This document shows positions 1 to 9,546 of a stretch of DNA of 64,000 nt, piece after piece. Source of the DNA: a virus. Taxonomy: Duplodnaviria; Caudoviricetes. The notes below the pieces were generated by a model that searched no databases, was not told where the DNA came from, and was given only the letters and a program-made list of their open reading frames with translations. Made by a program: the position numbers and the translations under genes. Every line of letters begins with the position of its first letter. The first letter of the stretch is position 1. Where the stretch lies: positions 32,001 to 96,000 of IMG/VR virus record IMGVR_UViG_3300037249_001000; one strand, written 5' to 3'.

Positions 1-57
1 AGTTTTACCGTTCATATTATATGTATTGGTTTTTAATATTTCATATTTCTTTTTCAT
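1..57 (-). CDS. 5' part of a gene running off the window (MKKKYEILKTNTYNMNGKT...)
   Basis: ATG at 57-55 preceded by GAAAGGA SD; frame is open to the window edge. Confidence 0.6.
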   Translation of the reverse strand, partial: MKKKYEILKTNTYNMNGKT

Positions 58-87
58 ATTCTATATTCCTTTCATATTTATAATAAG

Positions 88-122
88 AAATAAGTATAGA
101 TTATTAAAATCTATACTTATTT
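88..122. terminator. Intrinsic terminator hairpin downstream of 143..982
   Basis: AAATAAGTATAGATT / AATCTATACTTATTT perfect inverted repeat. Confidence 0.7.
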
Positions 123-142
123 CATTTTTTATATTTAGTTAT

Positions 143-982
143 TTACTTATTCGATGAATACGTTTTAGAAAAGATGATAAAGAGGTCATCATCAGAAATA
201 GAGAATACCAATGAATTAATGTTCTCAATTACACGACCTCTTTCAGGAATTGTACTCCAATACTCAGAAGCACTGTGAGCACCATCTGCTAGGAATCCAA
301 GTGCAAAAGGATTAATAACAAGATTCTTACAGCCAAGCTTAATAGTTGCTTCAATTGAATCATCAACAACCTTATGAATATATTCATATTCATTCATCTC
401 ATCAATTCCCGGTTTAGCATTAAACTTATTAGGAACTGCCACAATGACAAGATTGATTCTAAACGGTTTAGTTCTTATCTTCTTACCATTCATGAAAACA
501 TAAATATCCGGAAGATACAAAACATTACTAAACTCAGTTTTATCGTCATCGTTTAAATCAATCCATCTTTCTTTAATTTTGTCATAAACTGCTTCAAATG
601 TTGAAATATCTTTCAACCACTTGATGAAAGGATGCTCTTCAATCTTTCCTGACTTCTTTTTAGGAATTGGAATAAGAACTGTTTGTACATTGTTTTCATC
701 AATTTCAGATAAAAGTGTAATCGTCTTTTGAACAGTTGATTTATTAATGTTAGTTTCAATACGATAATCTTTTTCGTCAGAATCAATTACAATTTCTTCA
801 TTAGATGGTAGTCCTTCCAATCTACTAGCTTTAAGATTCTTTATTGACGAATTGATATAATATGCAACTCGTGTAGAAAGATCAATAATATCATCTTTTT
901 TTAGTTTCGTATTAATATCATAGTCAAAGATTCTAAAAGATGCCATTTTTAAGATTTTTGATAATGTTACTTTCTTACTCAT
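143..982 (-). CDS. Degenerate macrodomain protein resembling microbial PARG (TIGR02452/DUF2263)
   Basis: LYLPDIYVF...PFRINLVIVAVPN...LGCKNLVINPFALGFL...LVFSI parallels YSPxVxVF...P+xVxVITxAAPN...GxxxLVLGAxGCGxF...VVFAV; the GGG-x-QEE catalytic motif is absent. Confidence 0.5.
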   Translation of the reverse strand: MSKKVTLSKILKMASFRIFDYDINTKLKKDDIIDLSTRVAYYINSSIKNLKASRLEGLPSNEEIVIDSDEKDYRIETNINKSTVQKTITLLSEIDENNVQTVLIPIPKKKSGKIEEHPFIKWLKDISTFEAVYDKIKERWIDLNDDDKTEFSNVLYLPDIYVFMNGKKIRTKPFRINLVIVAVPNKFNAKPGIDEMNEYEYIHKVVDDSIEATIKLGCKNLVINPFALGFLADGAHSASEYWSTIPERGRVIENINSLVFSISDDDLFIIFSKTYSSNK

Positions 983-1007
983 TTTTTCTGTCTCCTTTAT
1001 TTAAAAA

Positions 1008-1457
1008 TTATTTATAAATCATAAAGACGGGTACAGTTATATCAAAAATAGTATCCCATGCCCGTCTTACTGTTAATGGAACGTAGAAACGGAAATTATA
1101 TTTAATATCCATATTATCAGATTTTTGTGTATTTGTTATAACTTTAATACATACTTTTTTATTTTTAATATGCGACATAAGCAATCTATCATGTTTTATA
1201 TTATTAAATAAAATTTTTGATAACTCAAATATAAGTTTATCATTAGTATTATAATAATTATTATACACAAAAAACATTGTAGACAGTTCGTAATGATTTT
1301 TATATTTATAAAAACCTAAGTTAAACTGTTTGGATAAATCATCAAGTGATGTATTATAATTGTACTTATCAAAAATGATTGTAATAATCATATCATAATC
1401 ATTAAATATTTTATCATCACTTGAAACTTCATGTTTAATGATATTATCAATAATCAT
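1008..1457 (-). CDS. Hypothetical protein
   Basis: 149-aa ORF with AAAGGAAG SD. Confidence 0.65.
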   Translation of the reverse strand: MIIDNIIKHEVSSDDKIFNDYDMIITIIFDKYNYNTSLDDLSKQFNLGFYKYKNHYELSTMFFVYNNYYNTNDKLIFELSKILFNNIKHDRLLMSHIKNKKVCIKVITNTQKSDNMDIKYNFRFYVPLTVRRAWDTIFDITVPVFMIYK

Positions 1458-1526
1458 GTTTAATTACTTCCTTTCAGTTGAATACAAGATATAATATTAA
1501 TATTTTGTATTCAACTGTTGAAAGGA

Positions 1527-1799
1527 TTAATCTGAATCAAACGTAATATCATATCCATTGTCTAAAAGATTATTTAATTCATCTATATTGAATACACTTA
1601 TATCACCCTTTCTTAATTTCTTTATAAGTTTTTCTGCAGTTTGAATATGTTCATTATATTCGTCTTCACTCATATTATTAAAGATAATATAAGTTTTAAT
1701 ATAATTAATATATTCTTCGAGAGAATCAGCAATTTTACACATCCTTTTTCTAAAATCACCATCATAATGAATTTTAGAATAATCATATTTTTTACTCAT
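1527..1799 (-). CDS. Hypothetical protein (early)
   Basis: 90-aa ORF, AAAGGAAG SD, TATATTAT at 1835-1842. Confidence 0.7.
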   Translation of the reverse strand: MSKKYDYSKIHYDGDFRKRMCKIADSLEEYINYIKTYIIFNNMSEDEYNEHIQTAEKLIKKLRKGDISVFNIDELNNLLDNGYDITFDSD

Positions 1800-1865
1800 A
1801 AAAATCTTCCTTTCATACTTTTTTATGCAAAAAAATAATATATAAATATTTGTGTCTTTTAAAAT

Positions 1866-1877
1866 AACAAATTAATA
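1866..1877 (+). promoter_or_regulatory. AR9-type late promoter AACA-N6-TA upstream of the endolysin
   Basis: AACA AATTAA TA; same pattern upstream of several structural genes. Confidence 0.55.
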
Positions 1878-1918
1878 AAAGCATATATTAATTTTTATTT
1901 TAAGAAAGGAGAATAATT

Positions 1919-3679
1919 ATGGCAACTAAAGTTATAGACGTATCCGTTCATCAGGGTACAATTAATTGGGATTTAGTTAAAAGTCAGATAGATGGTGCTA
2001 TTTTGAGATGTGGTTATGGAGATAACTATACATCACAGGATGATGCACAATTTGCTAGAAACTTATCTGAATGTGAAAGACTTGGAATCCCTAGAGGTGT
2101 ATATCTTTATTCTTATGCTACATCTGATGCTCATGCACAATCGGAGTTAGAGCATATCCTTAGATTGATTAAAGGTCATACATTCCAACTTCCTATCTAT
2201 CTCGATTGTGAAGAAGCTGGAACAGAAAGTTATGCAGCTAGAGCTTGTAACATTATTTGTGAAGGTATTAAAGCTGCTGGATATACACCAGGTGTTTATT
2301 CCAGTACTAGTTGGTGGAATACATATCTTACATCTGTAACAAAATATAGACGATGGATTGCTCATTGGGCTTCCGCATGTGGATATACTGGTACATATGA
2401 TATTTGGCAATATGGAACTTCATATATCAATGGAATCAATGGACCTGTTGATTCGAACTATTGTTATATAGATTTTAAAGATATGATTAAATCATCAGGT
2501 TCTACTGCAACATCAAATACATCTACAAAGACCAATAGTACAACAACAAAGGAAACATCTACATCTACACTGAAGATTGTACAGAATTATCTAGTTAATA
2601 ATCCATGTTATCAAATTGGTGCTAAAATTGCTGTACAAGGTCTTATGCTTCATAGTGTAGGTTGTGCTCAACCTAGTGGTCCTACATGGTGTAGAATCTA
2701 TGCTACAAATCCTAATGCATGTGTTCATGCATTTATTGATGCCAATGATGGTATTGTATATCAAACATTACCATGGAATCATAGAGGTTGGCATGGTGGC
2801 GGAAGTTCCAATGATACGCATATTGGTGTTGAGATGTGTGAGTCCTCATATATTACATATACAACAGGTGCATCATTTACAGTTAATGATAAAACAAAAG
2901 CTGTTGTAGATGCTAGAAGAGCGTATAATTCTGCTGTTGAATTATTTGCATCTCTCTGTAAGCAATATAATCTTAATCCTCTTGCTTCTGGTGTAATCGT
3001 GAGTCATTCAGAAGGTTATAGACGAGGTATTGCTTCTAATCATGCTGACCCTGAACACTATTGGACTCAACTTGGTTTGAGTTACACAATGGATGGATTC
3101 AGAAAAGATGTACAATCTAAACTTAATGGTGGTAGTGTTTCGACACCTACAACTACAACTGAATCCACTAAAACGACTACTTCTGCACAAAATACTTCTT
3201 TCCCAAAAACACCATTTACTGTAAAAGTTATTATTTCTGACCTTAATATGAGAAAATCCGCATCTATGAATGGTGCTGTTATGGGTCAGACTGGTAAAGG
3301 AACATTTACAATTACACAAGTATCTGGTGAATGGGGTAAATTAAAATCTAATGGTTACTGGATTTATCTTGGTTCATCTGAATATTGTACCATTGGTAAA
3401 ACTGTAACAACAAGTACAACAAAAACTACTACAACTACTACATCGAAAACGAAGGAAACAACTAATAAGACCACTACCTCTAAAACAACTTCGAAACCAT
3501 ATAAAGTTAAAGTAACTGCTGATGTTCTTAACATTAGAAAAGGTGCTGGTACGAATTATGCTGTAGTAGGTACTATTAAAGATAAAGGTATCTATACTAT
3601 TGTGGAAATAAAAGGAACATGGGGTAAGTTAAAATCTGGTGCTGGATGGATTAGTTTGAACTATACTAAAAAAGTTTAA
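1919..3679 (+). CDS. Endolysin: GH25 muramidase + Amidase_2 + two SH3b cell-wall binding domains
   Basis: IDVSVHQG and YLDCEE (GH25); LHSVG, VHAF, HADP (Zn amidase); Thr-rich linkers; two LNxRK...WGKLKS..W SH3b repeats. Confidence 0.9.
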   Translation: MATKVIDVSVHQGTINWDLVKSQIDGAILRCGYGDNYTSQDDAQFARNLSECERLGIPRGVYLYSYATSDAHAQSELEHILRLIKGHTFQLPIYLDCEEAGTESYAARACNIICEGIKAAGYTPGVYSSTSWWNTYLTSVTKYRRWIAHWASACGYTGTYDIWQYGTSYINGINGPVDSNYCYIDFKDMIKSSGSTATSNTSTKTNSTTTKETSTSTLKIVQNYLVNNPCYQIGAKIAVQGLMLHSVGCAQPSGPTWCRIYATNPNACVHAFIDANDGIVYQTLPWNHRGWHGGGSSNDTHIGVEMCESSYITYTTGASFTVNDKTKAVVDARRAYNSAVELFASLCKQYNLNPLASGVIVSHSEGYRRGIASNHADPEHYWTQLGLSYTMDGFRKDVQSKLNGGSVSTPTTTTESTKTTTSAQNTSFPKTPFTVKVIISDLNMRKSASMNGAVMGQTGKGTFTITQVSGEWGKLKSNGYWIYLGSSEYCTIGKTVTTSTTKTTTTTTSKTKETTNKTTTSKTTSKPYKVKVTADVLNIRKGAGTNYAVVGTIKDKGIYTIVEIKGTWGKLKSGAGWISLNYTKKV

Positions 3680-3696
3680 AAAAAATAAAAAAATAA

Positions 3697-3724
3697 AGAT
3701 GAGTTGAATAATTCAACTCATCTT
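3697..3724. terminator. Bidirectional terminator between endolysin and 3753..4190
   Basis: AGATGAGTTGAAT / ATTCAACTCATCT stem with flanking A/T tracts. Confidence 0.75.
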
Positions 3725-3752
3725 TTATCACCTTCTTTCTTTTAATAAATTA

Positions 3753-4190
3753 TCAGATTCTACTTGAAAGCCTATGAATAGAACTTTCAAGATTACTAAT
3801 ATAATTATAACCGTAACGGTCATTAATCTCACTAATACTTTTTGCTGTTACACCATAACGGAGAACAACATTCTTCACCTTCATGTATCTGATTTCAATA
3901 TCATTAAGATCAGATACGATTCCATTGTAATATCCCCAAGGATACTTACTGTAGGAGATACTTCTAACATCCTCCTTGATGTTAAGGAAATCAACTTCGA
4001 GCTGGTTAAGTGTCTCTCTTGCATATTCCTCACGGCGGTTTTCATTCTCAGCTTCTGCTACCGCACCAAGGAAGCACAATCCAGCGATTGCAATAACACC
4101 AAGACCTTCACCGATACCCTTGCCTACGTTTTTAACCGTCTCAAGCTTGCCATTGTTCTTCCTGTTGTTGTTAAATACACTATTCTTCAT
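3753..4190 (-). CDS. Early membrane-anchored hypothetical protein (start probably ATG 4190)
   Basis: AAAGGA SD before ATG 4190; hydrophobic GLGVIAIAGLCFLGAVA segment; downstream of a divergent copy of the 40-bp promoter block. Confidence 0.7.
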   Translation of the reverse strand: MKNSVFNNNRKNNGKLETVKNVGKGIGEGLGVIAIAGLCFLGAVAEAENENRREEYARETLNQLEVDFLNIKEDVRSISYSKYPWGYYNGIVSDLNDIEIRYMKVKNVVLRYGVTAKSISEINDRYGYNYISNLESSIHRLSSRI

Positions 4191-4202
4191 AAAACGTCCT
4201 TT

Positions 4203-4265
4203 CCCCACTGTTACTGTCTTGGGATGACACGCTTTGATTAAAACTCGGGATAAAGCATAACTCCC
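4203..4265 (-). promoter_or_regulatory. Predicted tandem H-type pseudoknot 5' leader
   Basis: GGGA/UCCC with loop GCUUU pairing AAAGC; then UGUC/GACA with loop CCCA pairing UGGG directly before the SD. Confidence 0.5.
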
Positions 4266-4271
4266 TTTAAT

Positions 4272-4320
4272 ATTACACTAAAATAATATATATATGAATA
4301 ATACTAAAATACGGATAAAA
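4272..4320 (-). repeat. Divergent copy of the 40-bp early promoter block
   Basis: CCGTATTTT...ATATATTATTTTAGTGTAAT on the minus strand. Confidence 0.6.
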
Positions 4321-4363
4321 CATAGATTTAATACTATTCTAATAGAGAGGACGGTGTTAAAAA

Positions 4364-5572
4364 ATGGGAATGTTTATAAATGAGCAACGAATGATAGAAG
4401 ATAATCTATTTAAATATGAAGAACGATTAAAATCACCAGTATCTCGTTTTATTGAACAAACACCAACATTTGTTACATATTATCATTTGAATAATGATAA
4501 TACAACTGTAGATGATGGTTTTAAAGATATTAGTTCATTAATTGGTTTTAGGTCTCCTTTGAGGTTTAATAAAATAGAATCTTTCCCATTATATGGAATA
4601 GAACAGATTGTGCTTAGTCTTCAAGAAATGGATCAAGGACTTGATACATCGTATGAGTCGGAAGCTATTATAGTACCAGGTTCAATTAAACCATTACCAA
4701 ATGATTTTTTCATTATTCCGTTTTTAAAAGATCCATATCTTTTTAGAGTTACAGAAATTAATTATGATACAATAATGCCTGATAACTATTATAAGATTGG
4801 ATTTAAACTTGAATATCTTGAAGATGAAAAAGTTGAAAATATAGAAAACCAAGTAAAAGAAAAATATACTTGTATTCTTCAAAATATTGGAACAGAAAAT
4901 AATTGTATTATTGAATTAGAATCAAAAGATGTGTTGGATAAAATAGATGCAATGTATGATGATATGGCATCTACATATAAAGCATTATTTTATAATGATA
5001 GACATAATTGTTTCTTAGGTGAAATTGGTCCCGGAATGTATTTGTATGATCCGTTTCAAACACAATTTATTAATGAACACCATATATTTAATAAAAAGAA
5101 TGATTTAAGTTGTTTGATGTTAACAGATCAATTTACTGATTCTAAAAGAAGAATTAAGTATGAAAAATCTATATATAGATTTGTTGAAAGACGAAATCCA
5201 AATTTAGTTAATAATTTTGCATATGATACTTATTTAGGTATGGATAATCATGAAACAACTTTTCATAGGTGGATGGAAAAAAATATTTATATATTAGATA
5301 TTCCATCAGAATTATCAGATAATGCAACAAACATATTTTCAAATGAATTTGTTTTAGCTATAAAGAGTAATGGATTTGTTAATAGTAAATATGCAGAATT
5401 TATAAAAAAATATTGTCGTGGAAAAGAAGAAATGACTATTCATGATATTCCATTAGATTTAAATGATGAATTATTATATTTAGATGGAAATATGGAAGTA
5501 TTCTTTTTTACTCCAATCATTATGTATATGATACAAGATATCGTAAATTCTTTTTTAAAAATAAAAAAATAA
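4364..5572 (+). CDS. Probable virion structural protein (jumbo-phage type)
   Basis: 402-aa ORF; AACA-N6-TA at 4319-4330; no enzyme motifs recognised. Confidence 0.5.
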   Translation: MGMFINEQRMIEDNLFKYEERLKSPVSRFIEQTPTFVTYYHLNNDNTTVDDGFKDISSLIGFRSPLRFNKIESFPLYGIEQIVLSLQEMDQGLDTSYESEAIIVPGSIKPLPNDFFIIPFLKDPYLFRVTEINYDTIMPDNYYKIGFKLEYLEDEKVENIENQVKEKYTCILQNIGTENNCIIELESKDVLDKIDAMYDDMASTYKALFYNDRHNCFLGEIGPGMYLYDPFQTQFINEHHIFNKKNDLSCLMLTDQFTDSKRRIKYEKSIYRFVERRNPNLVNNFAYDTYLGMDNHETTFHRWMEKNIYILDIPSELSDNATNIFSNEFVLAIKSNGFVNSKYAEFIKKYCRGKEEMTIHDIPLDLNDELLYLDGNMEVFFFTPIIMYMIQDIVNSFLKIKK

Positions 5573-5635
5573 AGGAATATGAGAAAGCTTATGTAAAACC
5601 GCTTTGAAGATTCTATCTCATATTCCTTTTATTTT

Positions 5636-5884
5636 TTATACAGCATAAACTTCATAGAAAATGCTAGATGCATTTTCCATGTTTATACTGTACTTTTTCC
5701 TCATTGAATTGAGGAAGAGCTCTTCTGCCTTTGTAAAGCAGAGAGAATGATTAATGAGAGAAGTAAAATACTTTCTCTCCCCGTCAGTCATTGCATTCAT
5801 CAAATGATTGCGAATAATATACAATCTGATGATATTGCATCTTGTGTGATTAACGGATTTTTTGATTGTAGAAGTAGCTTTCAT
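5636..5884 (-). CDS. Small early hypothetical protein
   Basis: AAAGGAG SD; follows the 40-bp promoter block. Confidence 0.7.
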   Translation of the reverse strand: MKATSTIKKSVNHTRCNIIRLYIIRNHLMNAMTDGERKYFTSLINHSLCFTKAEELFLNSMRKKYSINMENASSIFYEVYAV

Positions 5885-5938
5885 AGCGTACTCCTTTCTC
5901 TGTTTTTAAGTCTTTAACCAGCTGACTTATTTTATTAT

Positions 5939-5978
5939 ACACAAAAATAATATATCAATATATATATTAAAAATACGG
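5939..5978 (-). repeat. 40-bp early promoter block, copy 1
   Basis: CCGTATTTTTAATATATATATTGATATATTATTTTTGTGT, identical to 6817-6856 and 46205-46244. Confidence 0.9.
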
Positions 5979-6039
5979 GTAAAAAAAAGTATGACGACTA
6001 TAATTAGTTGTCATACATAACTATTTAGAGAATCAAACA

Positions 6040-6396
6040 TTATTCAATCATAATGTTTGATTCTCTAAATTCTTTTTCTTCTTTCAAAAATTTAACCATC
6101 TCTTTATAATACTTATTCAATATGTTCACCATAAAGTCATAATCTGATTCATTATCAATATATGACTTAGTTTTTGATATTAAATCAAAATCATGAACGT
6201 CTTCCATAAGTATGATATACTTATGTTGTGACGTATTCACATCATCTATCATTTCCTGTATGCGGGCTGAGTCAAGTGGTGAAATACTAAACTTGGTCGT
6301 AGAAGATTTGATCTTCTTGAATACAACAAACGATAAACCCATGACCGATGCTGCTGCTGAAGCAATTGCTAAATTCTTTTTTAACATAATGAACAT
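6040..6396 (-). CDS. Hypothetical protein with N-terminal TM anchor
   Basis: LAIASAAASVMGLSFVVF followed by KKIK. Confidence 0.65.
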   Translation of the reverse strand: MFIMLKKNLAIASAAASVMGLSFVVFKKIKSSTTKFSISPLDSARIQEMIDDVNTSQHKYIILMEDVHDFDLISKTKSYIDNESDYDFMVNILNKYYKEMVKFLKEEKEFRESNIMIE

Positions 6397-6496
6397 CCTT
6401 TCTTTTTTAACAATAGATAAAATAATTCAATAATATGTAATATACTCATACGCTTACATAAAAATTATATATAACTATTTTATTAATTAAAAAATG

Positions 6497-6527
6497 AATA
6501 GAAGCTGAGAAGAATAAAATCTCATCA
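6497..6527. repeat. Duplicated 3' end of the 6901..8655 gene
   Basis: 29/31 nt identical to 6904-6934. Confidence 0.8.
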
Positions 6528-6582
6528 AAATAAAAAAAAATAAATAAGCCGTGAGAGTTTTAGTTTCTCTCACGGCTATTTA

Positions 6583-6777
6583 TTAAGCCTCTTCATTATT
6601 ATTTTTCTCGATTTTTTTTTCTCTTACGGCAATTAATATATCTACCGTAAGAATTGTTGCAATACCAGCAACACCCGTAATAATCAAAGCCTTTGAGCTT
6701 CCCTTAATACCTCTTACAACTAATGATGCGGATAATGCTGTAGTAGCTGCATCTCTTACTAATTCGCTTTTCGTCAT
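6583..6777 (-). CDS. Small early membrane protein
   Basis: AAAGGTGG SD before ATG 6777; two hydrophobic stretches. Confidence 0.65.
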   Translation of the reverse strand: MTKSELVRDAATTALSASLVVRGIKGSSKALIITGVAGIATILTVDILIAVREKKIEKNNNEEA

Positions 6778-6816
6778 ATATAATACCACCTTTCTTTTAT
6801 TAATATATATATTATG

Positions 6817-6856
6817 ACACAAAAATAATATATCAATATATATATTAAAAATACGG
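6817..6856 (-). repeat. 40-bp early promoter block, copy 2
   Basis: Identical to 5939-5978. Confidence 0.9.
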
Positions 6857-6900
6857 ATAAAAAAATGAATAGGTTAGATATTCTAACCTATTCATGTAAA

Positions 6901-8655
6901 TTAAATAGAAGCTAAGAAGAATAAAATTTCATCACTAATTTTATCATCACTATATACAATTTCTTTATCCAATAATTCAGGATTATGAAATTCTACATAT
7001 GTGTATTTTGTGTTAATTAATGATGATATTATCTTCATATCATAATTTGGTTTAATTACATTAAGATATTTATGATTATCTTCTTGTAATTTCTGGAACG
7101 TATATGATTCCTGAACTTTCTCAGTAAATTTGATATTTCGTATTACTCTTGTATTAATATGGTCAACACTATTGCCGCTTATAATATAAGGTAATGCCAT
7201 TGACCTAAGTTCGTCATCTTCTTCATCACTATAGCCTAATTCGTTAATAAGCTTTTTCTTTAAGATAAGCATTAATACTATATAATCTCTTCGTCTTAAA
7301 AGATTTAAATCACGATATGAACCAAAATACTTTGCAAAATAAGATAATACTAATTGAATCTGAATATCATCTGGATGATGATTCTTAATATAAAATTCAA
7401 TCTCTTCATCACTAATTACAGTATTATATCTTTTACAAAGATAATCTAATGTAATCGGAATATTAATATCTGCCATTATAGTGATACCTTCGTCAATTTT
7501 TGATAAGTTCATCATCATTTTATCTCCACCAGACAATCCATCTCCATTTTTTGCATTAGTTATTTCAGCAAGATTTTTCTCATATTGTTCTTTCAAGAAA
7601 TAAGTAAGTTGATATTTGATAATGGTTTTGTTAAAACCAATTATGTTATTATTGAATTTATACTTAATAACATTTTCACTTATCAATACACGTCTTACGA
7701 AATCTTGAATTTTTGAATATAAATCTATACCGAAAATTTCTTGTTGTTCAAATATCGGTGAATTATTGCTATATGACTCATTAACCTTTGTTTTTACATA
7801 AACATACAACTTATTATATAGATTATACTCTGCAATATAATTAGTACTACCTACATAAATATTACCATCTTCATATACCAATTTATTTATTACATCATTT
7901 GAAATACTGCACATTACTAATCTTTTATTATGAAAATCATATTTATCATAATATTCAGTTGCTGTATTATAAACGTAAAAATAATTACCATCATTTTCAA
8001 TATAAGCTTCATCTGTATGTTTTTCTACAAGACCAAATATATCAAATAAAGGTTTATAAAATCTATAAATATTATCCGAATCCTTTTCTAATTTAATAGA
8101 ATTGATTGCGTGATAATGTAACATACATGGAGCCATTAATTTCATTGCGAAAGATATTCTCAAAAGAATCTTAACATGCTGATTCGTAAACTCTAATGAT
8201 TCTAGATGTTTTCTATCATTCTTTTGATATTTCTTTTTCTTACTATCATTTCCCTCTATATCAAAAAGATAATTGTCATCAACTAACATATTAATCTTAT
8301 TAATAATAGTATCGGTAAATAATATTTCATACAAAAATGAAATGTAAGCTTCCATATTATTTTCTGTAAAACTTCGTTTTTCATCTGTTTCAAATTTTAT
8401 TTTCAAATATGCACTTATTAATTCATTATCTGAATCATAGCAGTTAATGAAATAATTAATATACTTTGTTATTAATTCTAAATTATTTATATACGATAGC
8501 TTCTGAATATAAAATTTATTATAACGCTCCAATTTAGGTTGCTGAAACACTCTGTCAAAATGACAGAGAAAAATTTTATTATCAGGTTCAACAATACATT
8601 GACTAGACTTTGGAGTCCATTTGTCAATTTTTAATAATTTGGATACTTTTCCCAT
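6901..8655 (-). CDS. Probable promoter-specificity (sigma-like) subunit of non-virion RNAP, AR9 gp226 / phiKZ gp68-like
   Basis: 584 aa; ILLRISFAMKLMAPCMLHY resembles the KxMxP segment recalled for this family; two genes from the GroEL homolog as in AR9 (g226/g228); early promoter at 8715-8722. Confidence 0.6.
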   Translation of the reverse strand: MGKVSKLLKIDKWTPKSSQCIVEPDNKIFLCHFDRVFQQPKLERYNKFYIQKLSYINNLELITKYINYFINCYDSDNELISAYLKIKFETDEKRSFTENNMEAYISFLYEILFTDTIINKINMLVDDNYLFDIEGNDSKKKKYQKNDRKHLESLEFTNQHVKILLRISFAMKLMAPCMLHYHAINSIKLEKDSDNIYRFYKPLFDIFGLVEKHTDEAYIENDGNYFYVYNTATEYYDKYDFHNKRLVMCSISNDVINKLVYEDGNIYVGSTNYIAEYNLYNKLYVYVKTKVNESYSNNSPIFEQQEIFGIDLYSKIQDFVRRVLISENVIKYKFNNNIIGFNKTIIKYQLTYFLKEQYEKNLAEITNAKNGDGLSGGDKMMMNLSKIDEGITIMADINIPITLDYLCKRYNTVISDEEIEFYIKNHHPDDIQIQLVLSYFAKYFGSYRDLNLLRRRDYIVLMLILKKKLINELGYSDEEDDELRSMALPYIISGNSVDHINTRVIRNIKFTEKVQESYTFQKLQEDNHKYLNVIKPNYDMKIISSLINTKYTYVEFHNPELLDKEIVYSDDKISDEILFFLASI

Positions 8656-8737
8656 GACTAAAATACCTCTTTTCCATATTATTAAATAATCTATATTATT
8701 ATTTATCCTATTTTATAATATATAAATAATTCATGTA

Positions 8738-9529
8738 TCATGATTTTTTCGTAGACTTTCTAGCTCCTTTTCTAACAATACTGCGATGAGAACTAGTAGA
8801 TTTTTTGGCTACTATTTTTTCAACTCTATGAGATGACAATGATGACTTAGTAGGATGTTTTCTATGAACATCGTTTTTTCGTTTTTCTTCATGGTCTTTT
8901 AATTCTTTTTCTAATTTTTTTAATGAAGATTTAGAAAGATTCCTTAATTCTGTATTCAATGTTACTGTTTTAAAATCAGTAATTCCTTTAAAAAATACAT
9001 CTGGTTTTAATTTTCTTCCTATACCAATACCAACTTTATTAAGTACTCTAAATCGTCTTTCAGACAAATACCTACATGCATAGTAGATGGATTTATCAAA
9101 AGATAAATCCATCTCCTTTTCAATATTTTTAGGTAATTTATCAAAATACTCGGGATCTAATTTATCATATAAAAATTCAATTAAGTAATCATATTTTTTA
9201 TATAGTACTGCATATTTATAAATAAATCCAGGACTATTTGAAAAAAATTGGATATAATAATCCCGTATATGAGCTGATTTTAATAACTCTGGATTATCAG
9301 TAAAAAATCTAATAACAACATCGTGGTACACATTATCAGATTTCTGACTTTTAGATGGTATTTTTACATGGAAAAAATATGAGTCTTCCACAATAGTATA
9401 TGCAACAAGTTTAATTTTATCTCTTTCTTTTTCATAAAGGACATCTAATTCTCTTGCTTTTGGAATATTACTATTATGCATACCAAATGGATTAAAAAGA
9501 AACTGGTCTAACGTTTGGTATTTACTCAT
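8738..9529 (-). CDS. Hypothetical protein with basic C-terminal tail
   Basis: 263-aa ORF between the chaperonin and the putative sigma-like gene. Confidence 0.7.
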   Translation of the reverse strand: MSKYQTLDQFLFNPFGMHNSNIPKARELDVLYEKERDKIKLVAYTIVEDSYFFHVKIPSKSQKSDNVYHDVVIRFFTDNPELLKSAHIRDYYIQFFSNSPGFIYKYAVLYKKYDYLIEFLYDKLDPEYFDKLPKNIEKEMDLSFDKSIYYACRYLSERRFRVLNKVGIGIGRKLKPDVFFKGITDFKTVTLNTELRNLSKSSLKKLEKELKDHEEKRKNDVHRKHPTKSSLSSHRVEKIVAKKSTSSHRSIVRKGARKSTKKS

Positions 9530-9546
9530 AATATTGTTCCCCTTTA

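Noticed and set aside
5900-5929. preQ1-I riboswitch
   Set aside because: Similar small-pseudoknot topology, but the conserved preQ1 loop residues are not evident and the downstream gene is not queuosine-related
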